A stretch of 64,000 nucleotides of DNA from Candidatus Multivoradales bacterium (GCA_965223855.1 CBDCXM010000009.1:1824001-1888000), one strand, 5' to 3'; positions 8,585-20,345 are shown, counted from the first letter of the stretch. The notes: generated by a model from the letters alone, not told the origin. Numbers and translations: made by a program.

Positions 8585-10843
8585 TCAGGCCGGGTTCAGC
8601 TCGTGTCCGTCGGTGTCGCCGCAGTCGGGGCGGCCCGAAGGGTGTGTGGAGCGGGCTCGTGTCGGCTCCAGGCGGTCGGCAGGGCGCGCGGTTGCGGTGG
8701 GCTCGAGCACCACGGAGAGGGAGTTGAAGCCCAGCGAGAGGGTGAGCTTCCAGAACCGTTGCCACCAGGTCGCCAGACCGCTCCGATAGGCCGGGCGGAC
8801 GGTGAAGCCGTAGCGGGCGGCGAAGCGAACGAACTCGCGATAGCCGAAGTAGTGCATCTCGGCCAGTGTCTGCCGATCGCGATAGGAGCGCTTGGTGCGG
8901 CGGCGCCAGCCGATGTAGCGCTCGGCCCAGGAGCGCGGCATGAAGTTGATCCACCAGAGGTGGTAGTGGGGGTCGTAGTGCGCCCAGCGGTTGATCACCG
9001 TGACCACGCAGCGGCCGTCCGGCCGCAACACCCGAGCGATCTCCGAAAGCAGCGCTTCCGGGTCGTCCACGTGTTCCAACACCTCCATGCAGGCGACCGC
9101 GTCGAAGGTGTCGTCGGCGAACGGAAGGCTGCCGGCAAGCGCGTTGACCGAGGTGGCGGCGAAGCCGTAGCGGCTCGAACGCCAACGGGTCACGGCACAG
9201 TTGCGGAATCTCAGGTCGACGCTGGTGGTGGAGAGCCCTGTCGCCTGCAGGGCCACCGCAAGCCCTCCGCGTCCGCAGCCGAGGTCGAGGACTCTGGCGT
9301 CCCTGCGCCCGCCCGTCAGCGCCGGGAGGAGTTTCGGCAACCGACGGGCCTTGATCACTTCGTCCCACATCCGTCGCCGGGCCAGGCGGTCGAGGTCCGG
9401 CCGCCACGCGTTGGCGTCGAGACCCGGGCGGATGGCGCTGCGAATTCCCGACTCGGCCGACTCCCGGCGGCGCGGTCTGGTGCCCAGCAGCTTCTTCGCC
9501 TTGCGAGCGAGTCCGCGTTCCTTCCAACCCGCCGTGTCGGCAGCGTCGAGCGCCCGAAGAACCGGTGCGCCGACGATCGCGTGGAATCGCCGGGCGAGCG
9601 GCCGGTTGGTGGAGCGATAGTCGAGCTCCGCGATCCGCTCGGAGGCGGCGCGGCCGAGCGCTTCGGCGCGGACAGGGTTCGCCAGCAGCGAGTCGATCGC
9701 CTGAGTGAGCTCCTCGCGGCTGCCGGGCTCGCACAGCAGGCCGTGGACCCCGTCCTCGATCCTCTCGCGGAAGCCGGGCAGGGACGTGCCGACGATCGGG
9801 GTCCCGGTGGCCATCGCTTCGATCAGGACGTTCGGGACGCCGTCGCGATTGCCGTCGGCGAGCTCGCGGAAGGGGAGCACGACCATCGCGGCGCGGCGGT
9901 AGAAACCGGGCAGCTCCTGCTGATCGACGAAACCGTGGAGCCGGACTCGATCCTCCAGTCCGAGCGTGCGGACGGACGCTTCGAGGTCAGGCCGCAGGCG
10001 GCCGTCGCCGACGACGTCGAGGGAGAGGTCCGGGTAGCGGTCGACGAGCCCGGCGCAGGCTTTCAGAAGGAGGGGCCATCCCTTCTTCTCGGTGAAGCGA
10101 CCGACGGCGAGGAGCCTCGCAGGCTGCGGCTGCCGGTCGCCGGCCGAGAAGAGATCGCGGTCGAAGCCGTGCGCCACATACAGCACCTTGGCCCGTTCGT
10201 CGGCAGGCAGGAGCCGGCGCATCGTCTCCACCCCGTGGTGGTGGCATCCGACGGCGAACTCGGCATCGCGGAGGCGGCGTCGCAGGCGCGTCTCCGGCGC
10301 GAGATACAGGTCTTTCGCATGAGCGGTGAAGGAGTAGGGCAGCCCGATGAGCTTGCGCACCAGATGCGCGACCCGCAACGGCTCCCCTGCGTAGTGAGCG
10401 TGGAGGTGGCGCACCCCGCAGCGGCGCGCCTGGCGCGCTACCGATACCGCCCAGGAAAAGCGGCGCAGCCGCTTGCGCAGGAGGGTCCGGTTCTTCCGGT
10501 CGGGGCGTGCGATCGCATCGCGGACGATCGTTCCCATCGCGCTCGTCCAGCACCTCCGATAGCCGGCCCGCTCACCGAGGAGGAAGCGCACATGCGCCAT
10601 GAGATGGCGCGGCCATGCTGCCGGCCGCGACCAGGCGGCCCTGGCGACGGTCGACCCGATCTCCGCGGTCGCTCCCTGGCGCAGGGTGGCAGGAGGAGCC
10701 TTGAGCGAGAAGAGAGCGAGCGGCACCCCCTCCTGCTCCATCGCCCTGACCTCGTTGAGGATGAAGGTCTCGGAGACGACGGGGAACTCCTTGAGCAGGT
10801 AGCCGATCCGCGCCCGCCCGGACTCCTCGTTCAGGGGAGGCAT
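8585..10843 (-). CDS. GT4 glycosyltransferase fused to class I SAM-dependent methyltransferase
   Basis: IGYLLKEFPVVSETFILNE, HLHAHYA, YSFTAHAKD, DGVPNVLIEAMA, then VLDLGCGRGG, LPFADDTFD, EVLEHV. ATG 10843 preferred over the ORF-track extension. Confidence 0.85.
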   Translation of the reverse strand: MPPLNEESGRARIGYLLKEFPVVSETFILNEVRAMEQEGVPLALFSLKAPPATLRQGATAEIGSTVARAAWSRPAAWPRHLMAHVRFLLGERAGYRRCWTSAMGTIVRDAIARPDRKNRTLLRKRLRRFSWAVSVARQARRCGVRHLHAHYAGEPLRVAHLVRKLIGLPYSFTAHAKDLYLAPETRLRRRLRDAEFAVGCHHHGVETMRRLLPADERAKVLYVAHGFDRDLFSAGDRQPQPARLLAVGRFTEKKGWPLLLKACAGLVDRYPDLSLDVVGDGRLRPDLEASVRTLGLEDRVRLHGFVDQQELPGFYRRAAMVVLPFRELADGNRDGVPNVLIEAMATGTPIVGTSLPGFRERIEDGVHGLLCEPGSREELTQAIDSLLANPVRAEALGRAASERIAELDYRSTNRPLARRFHAIVGAPVLRALDAADTAGWKERGLARKAKKLLGTRPRRRESAESGIRSAIRPGLDANAWRPDLDRLARRRMWDEVIKARRLPKLLPALTGGRRDARVLDLGCGRGGLAVALQATGLSTTSVDLRFRNCAVTRWRSSRYGFAATSVNALAGSLPFADDTFDAVACMEVLEHVDDPEALLSEIARVLRPDGRCVVTVINRWAHYDPHYHLWWINFMPRSWAERYIGWRRRTKRSYRDRQTLAEMHYFGYREFVRFAARYGFTVRPAYRSGLATWWQRFWKLTLSLGFNSLSVVLEPTATARPADRLEPTRARSTHPSGRPDCGDTDGHELNPA

Positions 10844-10845
10844 CG

Positions 10846-11748
10846 TCAGAAAGCGAAGAAGATCCCGACCTCGGCGACGTTTCCGGTGTAGTTGCGATCG
10901 AGGCGGGTCGAACTGCCGTCGCGGTAGTTGTCGCGCACGTAGAGCCCGAGTTGCTCGGTGACGGTCCACCGCACATTGAAGTTGATCTCGTCCGTGGTGT
11001 CCGATCGGCCGAAGTTGCGATCGTCGGGGAGAGCATCCAGGTAGTCGCGATCGCGGGATCGGAAGCGCAGGAACCAGGTCAGCGTCTCGGAAGGGGTTCC
11101 CTCGAAAGCCACCTCGAAGCCGTCTCCCTCGCGGTTGTTCTCGGGACCGGTCGCCGTACGGCTTTCGTCGATCCACCCGAAGCGAAGACCGAGTTTCGGA
11201 TGAACGGCGACCCTGGCGGTCAACGAAGTGCGATCGGTGTCCGAGTCTCGCTCGTTCTCGGCGGCGTCGAAGTCCCATTCCGACGTCTGGAAGCGGAGCC
11301 TGACCCACCAGCGGGTCCCCAGTGTGACCCGCCACTGGAGGTCGAATGCGCTCTCGTCGAAGAAGACCGCTTCGCCCGACTCCGAGTAGAGACGGTTGAG
11401 AAGCTGCGAGTGGCCGAGCTGGAAGCGGTGGCTCCCCCGGCGATAGGTGCCGGCGATACCGTAGCTCTGGTAGTTGGCATTCGGAATGTCGGAGACGTCG
11501 ACCGCCGAACCGGAGAGCTCCAGAGCGAAGCGGGAGGCGTCGCGCTTCCAGGTTCTCTCGGCGACGACGTAGCCCGTCAGGAGATCCGACTCCGGCGCGG
11601 GATTCCCCTCGCCTCGGAAGAAGAAGTTGTCGTGCTGGCCGAAGAGCAGGCCGACCTCTCCTTCCCAGTCGCCTTCGGCGGCCGCCGGCGAAGTCACGAC
11701 GATCGCCAGGCCGAGCAGAAACCAACAGAACTTTCGGGAACACTTCAT
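10846..11748 (-). CDS. Outer-membrane beta-barrel protein
   Basis: Signal peptide MKCSRKFCWFLLGLAIVVTSPAAA, alternating amphipathic strands, C-terminal Phe (VGIFFAF). GAGGA RBS and ATGA overlap. Confidence 0.75.
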   Translation of the reverse strand: MKCSRKFCWFLLGLAIVVTSPAAAEGDWEGEVGLLFGQHDNFFFRGEGNPAPESDLLTGYVVAERTWKRDASRFALELSGSAVDVSDIPNANYQSYGIAGTYRRGSHRFQLGHSQLLNRLYSESGEAVFFDESAFDLQWRVTLGTRWWVRLRFQTSEWDFDAAENERDSDTDRTSLTARVAVHPKLGLRFGWIDESRTATGPENNREGDGFEVAFEGTPSETLTWFLRFRSRDRDYLDALPDDRNFGRSDTTDEINFNVRWTVTEQLGLYVRDNYRDGSSTRLDRNYTGNVAEVGIFFAF

Positions 11749-12977
11749 CCGGACTTCCTCCATGGTTCGGCCCCCCGGCCGGAAGTGCCTTCGGCGGAGC
11801 CGAGGCTGCGTGTCTGATCGCCAGCCCAGCGGGCGAAGTCTTCGACGGAACCGCCCCGACAGGCGTGAACGCAGGCAATGCGGATGGCTGCCGCGGCCCG
11901 GTACCATCGCAACCGCCGTCGGTCGGGCACGCTCCCCGCAACCTCACTGTAGGCGGCGACGAGAGCTTCCTCGAAAGCGACGGAGGCCTGGCGCCCGTCG
12001 AGATGGTCGAGATGTGCGAGAAGGTTGCCGAGGTCGAGCTCGGGCTCGGCGAGCGCGCAGGTATCGATGTCGAGCAGGGTGAGGGTGTTCTCGTTCACGA
12101 GGATCTGGGCGTCGTGAAGGTCTCGGTGCGAAACTACCCCGCGATGTCGGTCGAGGCGGTGTGAATGCCTCCGCAGTCTCGCAGCGGCCTCTCGCAGCGC
12201 TTTCGGGCAGGCGAGGAGTGGCGCAGCCACCGCGATCCAGCGGTCGAGCGTTTCGAGCTCGTCCTCCCGGGTATGTCGTGTCGACAGCCCGACCGGACAG
12301 AGATGGAAGCCGCCGATCGCCCGGCCGACCCTGTCGAGCAGCACGTCGGACCGCTGCGGCGACGAGGCGAGCGCTCGCGCCAGCGGCCGGCCGGCGGCGG
12401 GCGACCAGGTGAGGGTGTCCGGGCGCAGAGCGAGGTCGGTCAGCCGGGCCACCTCGAAGGTGCCTACCGTGCGTGCCCAATCGCCGAGCACCGCGTGCCG
12501 TTCGGCGAGCCGGGCGGCACTGCCGTCGCGCAGATGCTTGACGTAGGCGATCCGCTTGCCGCTGCGGTCCCGGTAGCGCACGACCGCTCTGCGCATCGGT
12601 TTGTAGCTGATCAGCCGCGCCCTCAGATCGCGGTATTTCGCGGGGTCGGCCCGGCAGGAGCTCGGCCTCAGTCTACCGAGCGCCGCCGCTCCGACGACCG
12701 GGTCGTCGCGGAGTCGCCAGGCGAGTGCGCCGATCTCCAGCAGCCAGACGGCTCGTCCCTCCTGGTGGAGGCGGCGCAGCGACCGCGGCAGCTTTCCCCC
12801 GGGCCGCAGCAGAGCCCAACTGTCGCCGTCGAGGCGCCCGTCCACCCGCGCCCGCGCCAGCCAGCCGCCATCCAGCGGCCAGATCCGGTCACAGACCGGG
12901 GTGTCGCCGGACTCGGAGGCCCCGAGCCGCGCGAGGGTGCCGGATCCCCGGGTGAGGAGACTGTCGAGAACCTGCAT
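11745..12977 (-). CDS. Aminoglycoside phosphotransferase/choline kinase-like kinase
   Basis: SHRDLHDAQIL catalytic loop, LLDID, EPELDLGNLLAHL, LISYKPMRRAVVRY. Confidence 0.8.
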   Translation of the reverse strand: MQVLDSLLTRGSGTLARLGASESGDTPVCDRIWPLDGGWLARARVDGRLDGDSWALLRPGGKLPRSLRRLHQEGRAVWLLEIGALAWRLRDDPVVGAAALGRLRPSSCRADPAKYRDLRARLISYKPMRRAVVRYRDRSGKRIAYVKHLRDGSAARLAERHAVLGDWARTVGTFEVARLTDLALRPDTLTWSPAAGRPLARALASSPQRSDVLLDRVGRAIGGFHLCPVGLSTRHTREDELETLDRWIAVAAPLLACPKALREAAARLRRHSHRLDRHRGVVSHRDLHDAQILVNENTLTLLDIDTCALAEPELDLGNLLAHLDHLDGRQASVAFEEALVAAYSEVAGSVPDRRRLRWYRAAAAIRIACVHACRGGSVEDFARWAGDQTRSLGSAEGTSGRGAEPWRKSG

Positions 12978-14854
12978 CACGAGCCTTCGCCGCTCTGCAG
13001 CCGTCTCGGTCCGGAAGGTGCTGCGCCGTCTTCGCCGGAAGGATACTCGGAAGCCTGGCGCCTCCAGTTGCGCCGGTACCATCCGTCGGCCTCGAGCAGG
13101 CTTTCGTGGGTTCCCTGCTCGACGATCCGCCCCTTGCGCAGCACCGCGATCCGGTCCGCGTGCTGAACAGTCGCCAGCTTGTGAGCGACGATCACAGTCG
13201 TCTTGCCTCGGGTCAGCTTCTCGATCGCAGCGAGCACCTCGGCTTCCGAGGTCGCATCGAGGCCGGTGGTGGGCTCATCGAGCAGCAGAATCGGGCTGTC
13301 GCGCACCATGGCGCGAGCGATTGCGATGCGCTGGCGCTGACCGGCCGAGAGGTTGGCGCCCGCCTCGGCGATCGGGGTGTCGATGCCGTTCGGAAGGCGG
13401 GCTGCGAAGCGATCGACTCGCGCGTGGCGCACCGCCCTCGCGATCTCGTGCTCCGAGGCATGGGGACGGCCGAAGGCGATGTTCTCGCGGATCGAGTCGC
13501 CGAACAGGAACGGCTCCTGCAGAACGACACCGAACTGGTGGCGTATCGTCTCGATCTGATAGCGCCTGAGGTCGCGGCCGTCGATGCGGATCTTGCCTGC
13601 CTTCGGGTCGTAGAGCCGCAGCAGCAGGGAGAGCAGCGTCGACTTGCCCGATCCGCTCGGACCGACGAGGGCGACGGTGCTTCCCGGCTCGATGTCCAGG
13701 TGGATTCGATGAAGAGTCCGACGGCGGCCCGGGTAGGCGAAGGAGACCTTGCGCAGCTCGATCCGCCCCTCGATCCGCCGGGCCCGCTTGGCGCCGGGGA
13801 GGTTCCGCACTTCCGGCTTCTCGCGCAGGATCTCCTTCACCCGGCTCGCGCAGACCGTCGCCTTGGCCATGCGGCTCGACACTCTCGAGAGCCGCCTCAC
13901 CGGCTTGAAGCTGGTGGCGACGTAGGAGACGAAGACCAGCAGGTCGCCGGGGGTAAGCGCGCCCGCCTGAACCCGAACGACGCCGAACCACAGCACTGCG
14001 GCAGTTCCGGCGGCGAGCAGTACCTCGATGGTGCGCGACATCGACGCCTCGAGCCGGGTCGTTCGCAGCCCGGCGCGCAGCCCGCGCTGATTGACGCGCC
14101 CGAGCCGCTTCTCGCGCAGCCGCTCCTGGCCGAACGACTGAATGACCGGGAGGTCACTCAAAGTTTCGTCGAGGATCGCGGCGACCCTGCCTTCGTGGCG
14201 GCGCTGGCGCTTCGCTGCCGAGCGGATGCGGGAGCTGAAGCGGAACGTCGTGATGACGAGCACCGGCAGGAGCGCCAGGACGACGAGTGCGAGCTGCCAG
14301 TCCATCCACAGGAGCACCGAGAGCATGGCGACGAGCAGCAGCGTCGAGGCGACGCCCTGCATCGCCGAATTGACGAGCATGTCGCGCAGGAGATTGATGT
14401 CGCCCGTCAGTCGCATCAGCAGATCTCCCTTGCGACGGCGACGCAGATAGTTCAGGGAGAGTCGCTGCAGGTGGGAGTGGACTCGCTCCCGCAGCTCGTA
14501 GACGACCGTCTGACCCGCGCGCGCGGTAAGGAGGCTCTGCCCGAACGAAAAGGTCCCCCACAGCAGGGAGATGGTGAGCAGGGCGCCACACGCGAGGAGC
14601 AGGATCGTGGAGGTCGAGAGCTCGCCCAGCAGCGGCCAGCGCTCGAGCAGGGTGTCCGACGGCAGCAGGACGCCGTCGAAGATGACCTTCATCGGCCAGG
14701 GGCGCAGCAACTGCATGGCGACGGCGCCGGCGCCGCATCCGAGCGCACCGGCGAGCCAGGGAGCGCTTGCCTCGAGGTGGCGGGCAAAGTAGCTCCAGGC
14801 GCGCGAGAGCTTCGCGGGGTTGAGGTCGTTGATGCGAAGGCGCTCGAACATCAT
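12977..14854 (-). CDS. ABC exporter (fused TMD+NBD, MsbA-like)
   Basis: GPSGSGKS, LSAGQRQRIAIARA, ILLLDEPT, VAHKL, with an N-terminal TM domain. Confidence 0.92.
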   Translation of the reverse strand: MMFERLRINDLNPAKLSRAWSYFARHLEASAPWLAGALGCGAGAVAMQLLRPWPMKVIFDGVLLPSDTLLERWPLLGELSTSTILLLACGALLTISLLWGTFSFGQSLLTARAGQTVVYELRERVHSHLQRLSLNYLRRRRKGDLLMRLTGDINLLRDMLVNSAMQGVASTLLLVAMLSVLLWMDWQLALVVLALLPVLVITTFRFSSRIRSAAKRQRRHEGRVAAILDETLSDLPVIQSFGQERLREKRLGRVNQRGLRAGLRTTRLEASMSRTIEVLLAAGTAAVLWFGVVRVQAGALTPGDLLVFVSYVATSFKPVRRLSRVSSRMAKATVCASRVKEILREKPEVRNLPGAKRARRIEGRIELRKVSFAYPGRRRTLHRIHLDIEPGSTVALVGPSGSGKSTLLSLLLRLYDPKAGKIRIDGRDLRRYQIETIRHQFGVVLQEPFLFGDSIRENIAFGRPHASEHEIARAVRHARVDRFAARLPNGIDTPIAEAGANLSAGQRQRIAIARAMVRDSPILLLDEPTTGLDATSEAEVLAAIEKLTRGKTTVIVAHKLATVQHADRIAVLRKGRIVEQGTHESLLEADGWYRRNWRRQASEYPSGEDGAAPSGPRRLQSGEGS

Positions 14855-16098
14855 CAGCCTCCAGCCGCCACGAGCCCGGGCGTGTCGCGGTCGCGCAGGA
14901 GTTCTTCGATCCGGCCTGCCACGCGGTCCCAGGTGCACTCGGCGAGCGCGAGACGGCGCGCCTGACTTCCCAGCCTCTGAACCTCCAGGGGGGCGGAAGC
15001 GAGTTCGACGAGCTCGGCCGTGAGAGCCGAAATGTCACCCGGTGGCACCAGACGGCCGGTCTCGCCGTGGACGATCTGCGCCCGCAGGTGCCCGAGGTCG
15101 CTGGCGACGACCGCCAGTCCGGCAGCCTGGTACTCGACCACCTTCATCGGCGAAAAGTAGAAGTCCTCGAGAGGCGGATAGGGAGCGACACCGACGTCGG
15201 CGAATGCGAGCCAACCGGCGACCTCTGAGTGATCGATGGCGCCGGTGAGGGTGATCCGGTCGCTGCCGAGCTCGCGAGCGAGGTCGGCGACGCCGCCCCC
15301 GAGAGGGCCGTCTCCGATCACCAGCAGGTGCGTCTCCGGGCGGGCCTTCGCCAATTCGCGAAAGCTCTCGAGCAGAATCTCGACACCGTGCCACGGCTTG
15401 AGGCTGCCGGCGAAGGCGACGACGAATCGTCCTTCGAGCTGCGGCGCTTCGGGTCGAGCCGGGTGGCGGAAGAGCTCCGGATCGACGGCGTTCGGCAGGC
15501 AGCGGATCGTCTCCGGTCGCGCCCCGAGGCGGGCGGCATGGCGCTCCAGCGCCCGCGACGGCACGACCACTCCGCTCGCCCGTCGCAGTAGATCGTGCTC
15601 GAGGACCCGCGCGATCTCGAGCAACTCGAGACGCCGGTAGCGCTGTTGCTCGGCGACGAGCGGAGCGTTGCACTCGACCACGTGGGGGATTGCCCGCGAA
15701 GCGGCAAACTCGAGCGCTCCCCAGGACCAGAGACTGTGCCGCTCGTAGAGGGCATCGATCTTCTCTTCACGGTCGAGCGCTTCGAGACGCTCCACGAGCA
15801 CCAGGCCGAGCAGGATGGCGTAGGTTTCGCGAGCCGCCTCGCGCCCGACGCCCCGGGCGATCATGCGCTCCCGAAGCCTCTTCAAGGCGGAGTGGTGACC
15901 GGAGGGGACGATCTGTGGCAGGAAAGCGTCGCCGACGTCGGGGCCGGGATGGGTCGCCACGATCGAGACCCGGTGCCCACGGCGGGCGAGGGCTTGCGAC
16001 ACGGCTCGCACGTGGACCGAGGCGCCCTTGGTGCCGCCGATGGGCACGCCGCGATCGCTGCACACGTAGGCGATGTGAAGGGGGCGGTCCATGTTCAT
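14854..16098 (-). CDS. GT4 glycosyltransferase
   Basis: IAYVCSDRGVPIGGTKGASVHV, FAGSLKPWHG, FYFSPMKVVEY. Confidence 0.88.
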   Translation of the reverse strand: MNMDRPLHIAYVCSDRGVPIGGTKGASVHVRAVSQALARRGHRVSIVATHPGPDVGDAFLPQIVPSGHHSALKRLRERMIARGVGREAARETYAILLGLVLVERLEALDREEKIDALYERHSLWSWGALEFAASRAIPHVVECNAPLVAEQQRYRRLELLEIARVLEHDLLRRASGVVVPSRALERHAARLGARPETIRCLPNAVDPELFRHPARPEAPQLEGRFVVAFAGSLKPWHGVEILLESFRELAKARPETHLLVIGDGPLGGGVADLARELGSDRITLTGAIDHSEVAGWLAFADVGVAPYPPLEDFYFSPMKVVEYQAAGLAVVASDLGHLRAQIVHGETGRLVPPGDISALTAELVELASAPLEVQRLGSQARRLALAECTWDRVAGRIEELLRDRDTPGLVAAGG

Positions 16099-17354
16099 GC
16101 TTCGACGACTCTCAGCGGCTGAGCGGCGATCGGGCGCTCGGCCCGCGAGGCCGAGAACCACTCTGCAAGGCGGCCGACGTTCGTCGAGAGGTCGAAGAGC
16201 TCTTCCGTCCGTCGCCGTCCGGCGGCGCCCATCTGCCCCCGAAGATGCGGGTTTTCGGCCAGCTCCGAGATCGCTTCGGCGAGAGCGAGCGGGCGATCGC
16301 TCGGCACGATGAGCCCGGTCTCGGAAGGTACGACGATCTCGGCGATCCCGCCAACCGGGGTCGAGATGCACGGCCGGCCCAGCGCCATTGCTTCGAGCAG
16401 CACCGTCGGCAGCGCGTCCTGGTCGCCCGACCGGGCAACTCGCGCCGGCAGCACGAAAAGGTCGCTCGAGCCGACGTGCGCGAGGGCATCCTCGTGGGGC
16501 AGCAGGCCGGTGAAGGTCACCCGTTCGCCGAGGCCTGCTTCGTCGGCCTGCTGCTCGAGTTCATCGCGCAGCGGGCCGTCGCCGACGATCACAGCCCGCG
16601 TCTCGACTCCGCGCCTGGTCAGCAAGGACAGGCCTTCGAGAAGGGTGTCGATCCCCTTCTTCTCGATCAGTCGCGCGATGCAGGAGATCGACACCACCGA
16701 GTGTCCATCCGGTCCGGCCTGCGGAGGCGACAGCCGTGTCAGGTCGACGCCGTTGTGAAGCATGAGAATCCGGCGGGACGCCCGCTCCGACAGCACCCCT
16801 TGGAGATGGCGCCGGTTGTCCTCGGAGACTGTGACGCTGAAGCTCGATCGCAGGACGATCCTCTCGAGCAGCGGTGCCGGCAGCGCCTTGGCGTAGAGGT
16901 CCTTGGCATGAGCGGTAAACGAGAACGGTAGCCCCGACGCGAGATGGCCCAGGTAGGCGACGAAGGCGGGGTCGTTCGCAAAGTGCGCGTGGAGGTGCCC
17001 GACGCCGCGCTCGAGCGCGGCTGCGGCGACGGCGACACTCTCCTTGAGTCGGTGCCGCCCGCGGCGGTCGGGGTAGGCGAACGCCTCGAGCACGGCTCGC
17101 TCGGCACCTCCCTGCGCCTCGGGGCGCCGTCGATGCAGCCACTTCCACGCTTCCGACAGCGGCAGGTCGCCGCAGTGGACGACCTCGGCCTCGATCTCCC
17201 CGAGCCATCCGTGCTCCGCCGCCGAGTCGTTGGGCCACAGGGTGAAAACGGAGACCTTCACCCCCTGCCTCTCCAACTCGAGGATCTCCTGTGCGATGAA
17301 CGTCTCCGAGGAGCGCGGGAAGCGCTTGACGACGTAGCCGACATGGAGCGTCAT
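16095..17354 (-). CDS. GT4 glycosyltransferase (WcaL-like)
   Basis: VGYVVKRFPRSSETFIAQE, HLHAHFA, FSFTAHAKD, DALPTVLLEAMA. Confidence 0.88.
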   Translation of the reverse strand: MTLHVGYVVKRFPRSSETFIAQEILELERQGVKVSVFTLWPNDSAAEHGWLGEIEAEVVHCGDLPLSEAWKWLHRRRPEAQGGAERAVLEAFAYPDRRGRHRLKESVAVAAAALERGVGHLHAHFANDPAFVAYLGHLASGLPFSFTAHAKDLYAKALPAPLLERIVLRSSFSVTVSEDNRRHLQGVLSERASRRILMLHNGVDLTRLSPPQAGPDGHSVVSISCIARLIEKKGIDTLLEGLSLLTRRGVETRAVIVGDGPLRDELEQQADEAGLGERVTFTGLLPHEDALAHVGSSDLFVLPARVARSGDQDALPTVLLEAMALGRPCISTPVGGIAEIVVPSETGLIVPSDRPLALAEAISELAENPHLRGQMGAAGRRRTEELFDLSTNVGRLAEWFSASRAERPIAAQPLRVVEA

Positions 17355-18505
17355 GCCGCGGCTCCTTCGAGCAGAATCGCCGCCCGTCCTGCCGCTGCCG
17401 GCCCGCCGGGGAAGGCGTGGCGGCTCGAGGGCGGTTCCCCGAGCAGCCGTTCGACCGAGGCCCACAGCGCGTCCGGCGAGAGCTCGTCGGGCGCCAGGAG
17501 GAGCGTCCGGCCGCTCCGGGCCCATCGGCGAGCGCGCAGCAGCTGCTCCTGACGGGGGGTGACCCGCGGTACGAGCACGGCAGGGCGGCCGCTGGCGAGG
17601 ATCTCGCAAACGGTGTTGTAGCCGGCCATGCTGACGATGACGTTGCTCGCGGCGAGCCGGCGAGGGAGGTCCGTCACGAACGAGGCGACGTCGAGCCGGC
17701 GTCGGGGCCTGGGCGTGAGGACCGGACGGTCGTCACGCGGGTAGTCGGGACCGAGGACCAGGTGGCTCGTGACCGGCGGGCGGAAGGTCTCGACCGCGTC
17801 GAGGTAGGTCTTCATCAGCGGTGAGGCGTCGCGCCCTCCACCGCCGGTGACGAGCACGACCGGCCGACTTCCGGAAGAGCGTTCCAGGTCGACGCTCCCT
17901 TGCTCGTTCTCGTCGACGAAGCCGATGCGACCGCAGCGGTGGACCTTCGCCGCGACGTCGGCGAGCGGACCCTGCTCTACCAGCGTTGTCGTGTCGCCGT
18001 CGTCGCCGAACACCCAGACCTCGTCGAACAGCTCCTCGACCGCTTCCAGGCCGCCCGAGAGCTCCCACTGCACCCGCACCGTTCCGAGCTCGTCGAGCAC
18101 GTCGCGCAGCGCCAGGACCGAGCGCCCCCCGAGAGCTCGCACGCTCCTGAGAGCCGGCAGCGCCTCCCCCATGAGGCCGCAGGGCACGTTGTCGACCACG
18201 AACAGGTGAGGTCTGTAGGCGGTGAGCCGTTCCTCGATCCGCTCCCGCCTTCGGGCCAGAAGCCCGACGAAGTCGGCTCCTGGGTCACGACTGCGATAGC
18301 GGCCGTCGCGGCCCTTGACGACCGGTGGGAGCGGATCGAATCGAAAGCCAGGTGGTGGCGTGAACAGACGATGCCAGGGCGATCCGGTGAGGATGTACCC
18401 CTCAGCCGACGGGAAGTGGTGCCGCAGGTGCTGAGCGATCTTCAGGCAGCGACGCAGGTGGCCGAGCCCGAGCGTGTCGTGGGAGTAGAGAGCGATTCGC
18501 GGCAT
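17351..18505 (-). CDS. GT28-like predicted glycosyltransferase
   Basis: YSHDTLGLGHLRR, VTGGGGRD, SMAGYNTVCEI, LVPR..EQLLRA. Confidence 0.85.
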   Translation of the reverse strand: MPRIALYSHDTLGLGHLRRCLKIAQHLRHHFPSAEGYILTGSPWHRLFTPPPGFRFDPLPPVVKGRDGRYRSRDPGADFVGLLARRRERIEERLTAYRPHLFVVDNVPCGLMGEALPALRSVRALGGRSVLALRDVLDELGTVRVQWELSGGLEAVEELFDEVWVFGDDGDTTTLVEQGPLADVAAKVHRCGRIGFVDENEQGSVDLERSSGSRPVVLVTGGGGRDASPLMKTYLDAVETFRPPVTSHLVLGPDYPRDDRPVLTPRPRRRLDVASFVTDLPRRLAASNVIVSMAGYNTVCEILASGRPAVLVPRVTPRQEQLLRARRWARSGRTLLLAPDELSPDALWASVERLLGEPPSSRHAFPGGPAAAGRAAILLEGAAA

Positions 18506-18520
18506 GGGGCCGCATAGAGT

Positions 18521-18536
18521 TGCAGGATACGAGCCA
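18521..18536 (-). promoter_or_regulatory. sigma54 -24/-12 promoter of the glycosyltransferase operon
   Basis: Minus strand TGGCTCGTATCCTGCA, GG-N10-GC spacing, about 15 nt before ATG 18505. Confidence 0.65.
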
Positions 18537-18573
18537 GGTGCGGTGGAGGGAGAAGGCCGTGCAAGCCGCACCG

Positions 18574-18586
18574 AATCAACAAGTTA
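18574..18586. promoter_or_regulatory. IHF-binding site
   Basis: AATCAACAAGTTA is an exact match to WATCAANNNNTTR, AT-rich in a GC-rich background, lying between the enhancer and the sigma54 site. Confidence 0.65.
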
Positions 18587-18633
18587 CGCCTTGCCGGGCA
18601 GCTTGCACCGGGCCGGCCGGCCGTCTCAGCGTC

Positions 18634-20345
<1,712 letters not shown>

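Noticed and set aside
8552-10891. 779-aa plus-strand ORF, and similar long antisense ORFs at 13106, 27406, 31862, 35823, 39720 and 61652
   Set aside because: Each lies opposite a clearly identifiable gene and has no domain signature
10844-11947. N-terminal extension making the GT-methyltransferase 1120 aa
   Set aside because: Overlaps the beta-barrel gene in another frame and is Arg/Pro-rich noise. GT4 homology starts at ATG 10843
11745-12977. Aminoglycoside resistance gene
   Set aside because: Only the APH-like fold motifs are present, and the gene is embedded in a biosynthetic operon with no mobile context
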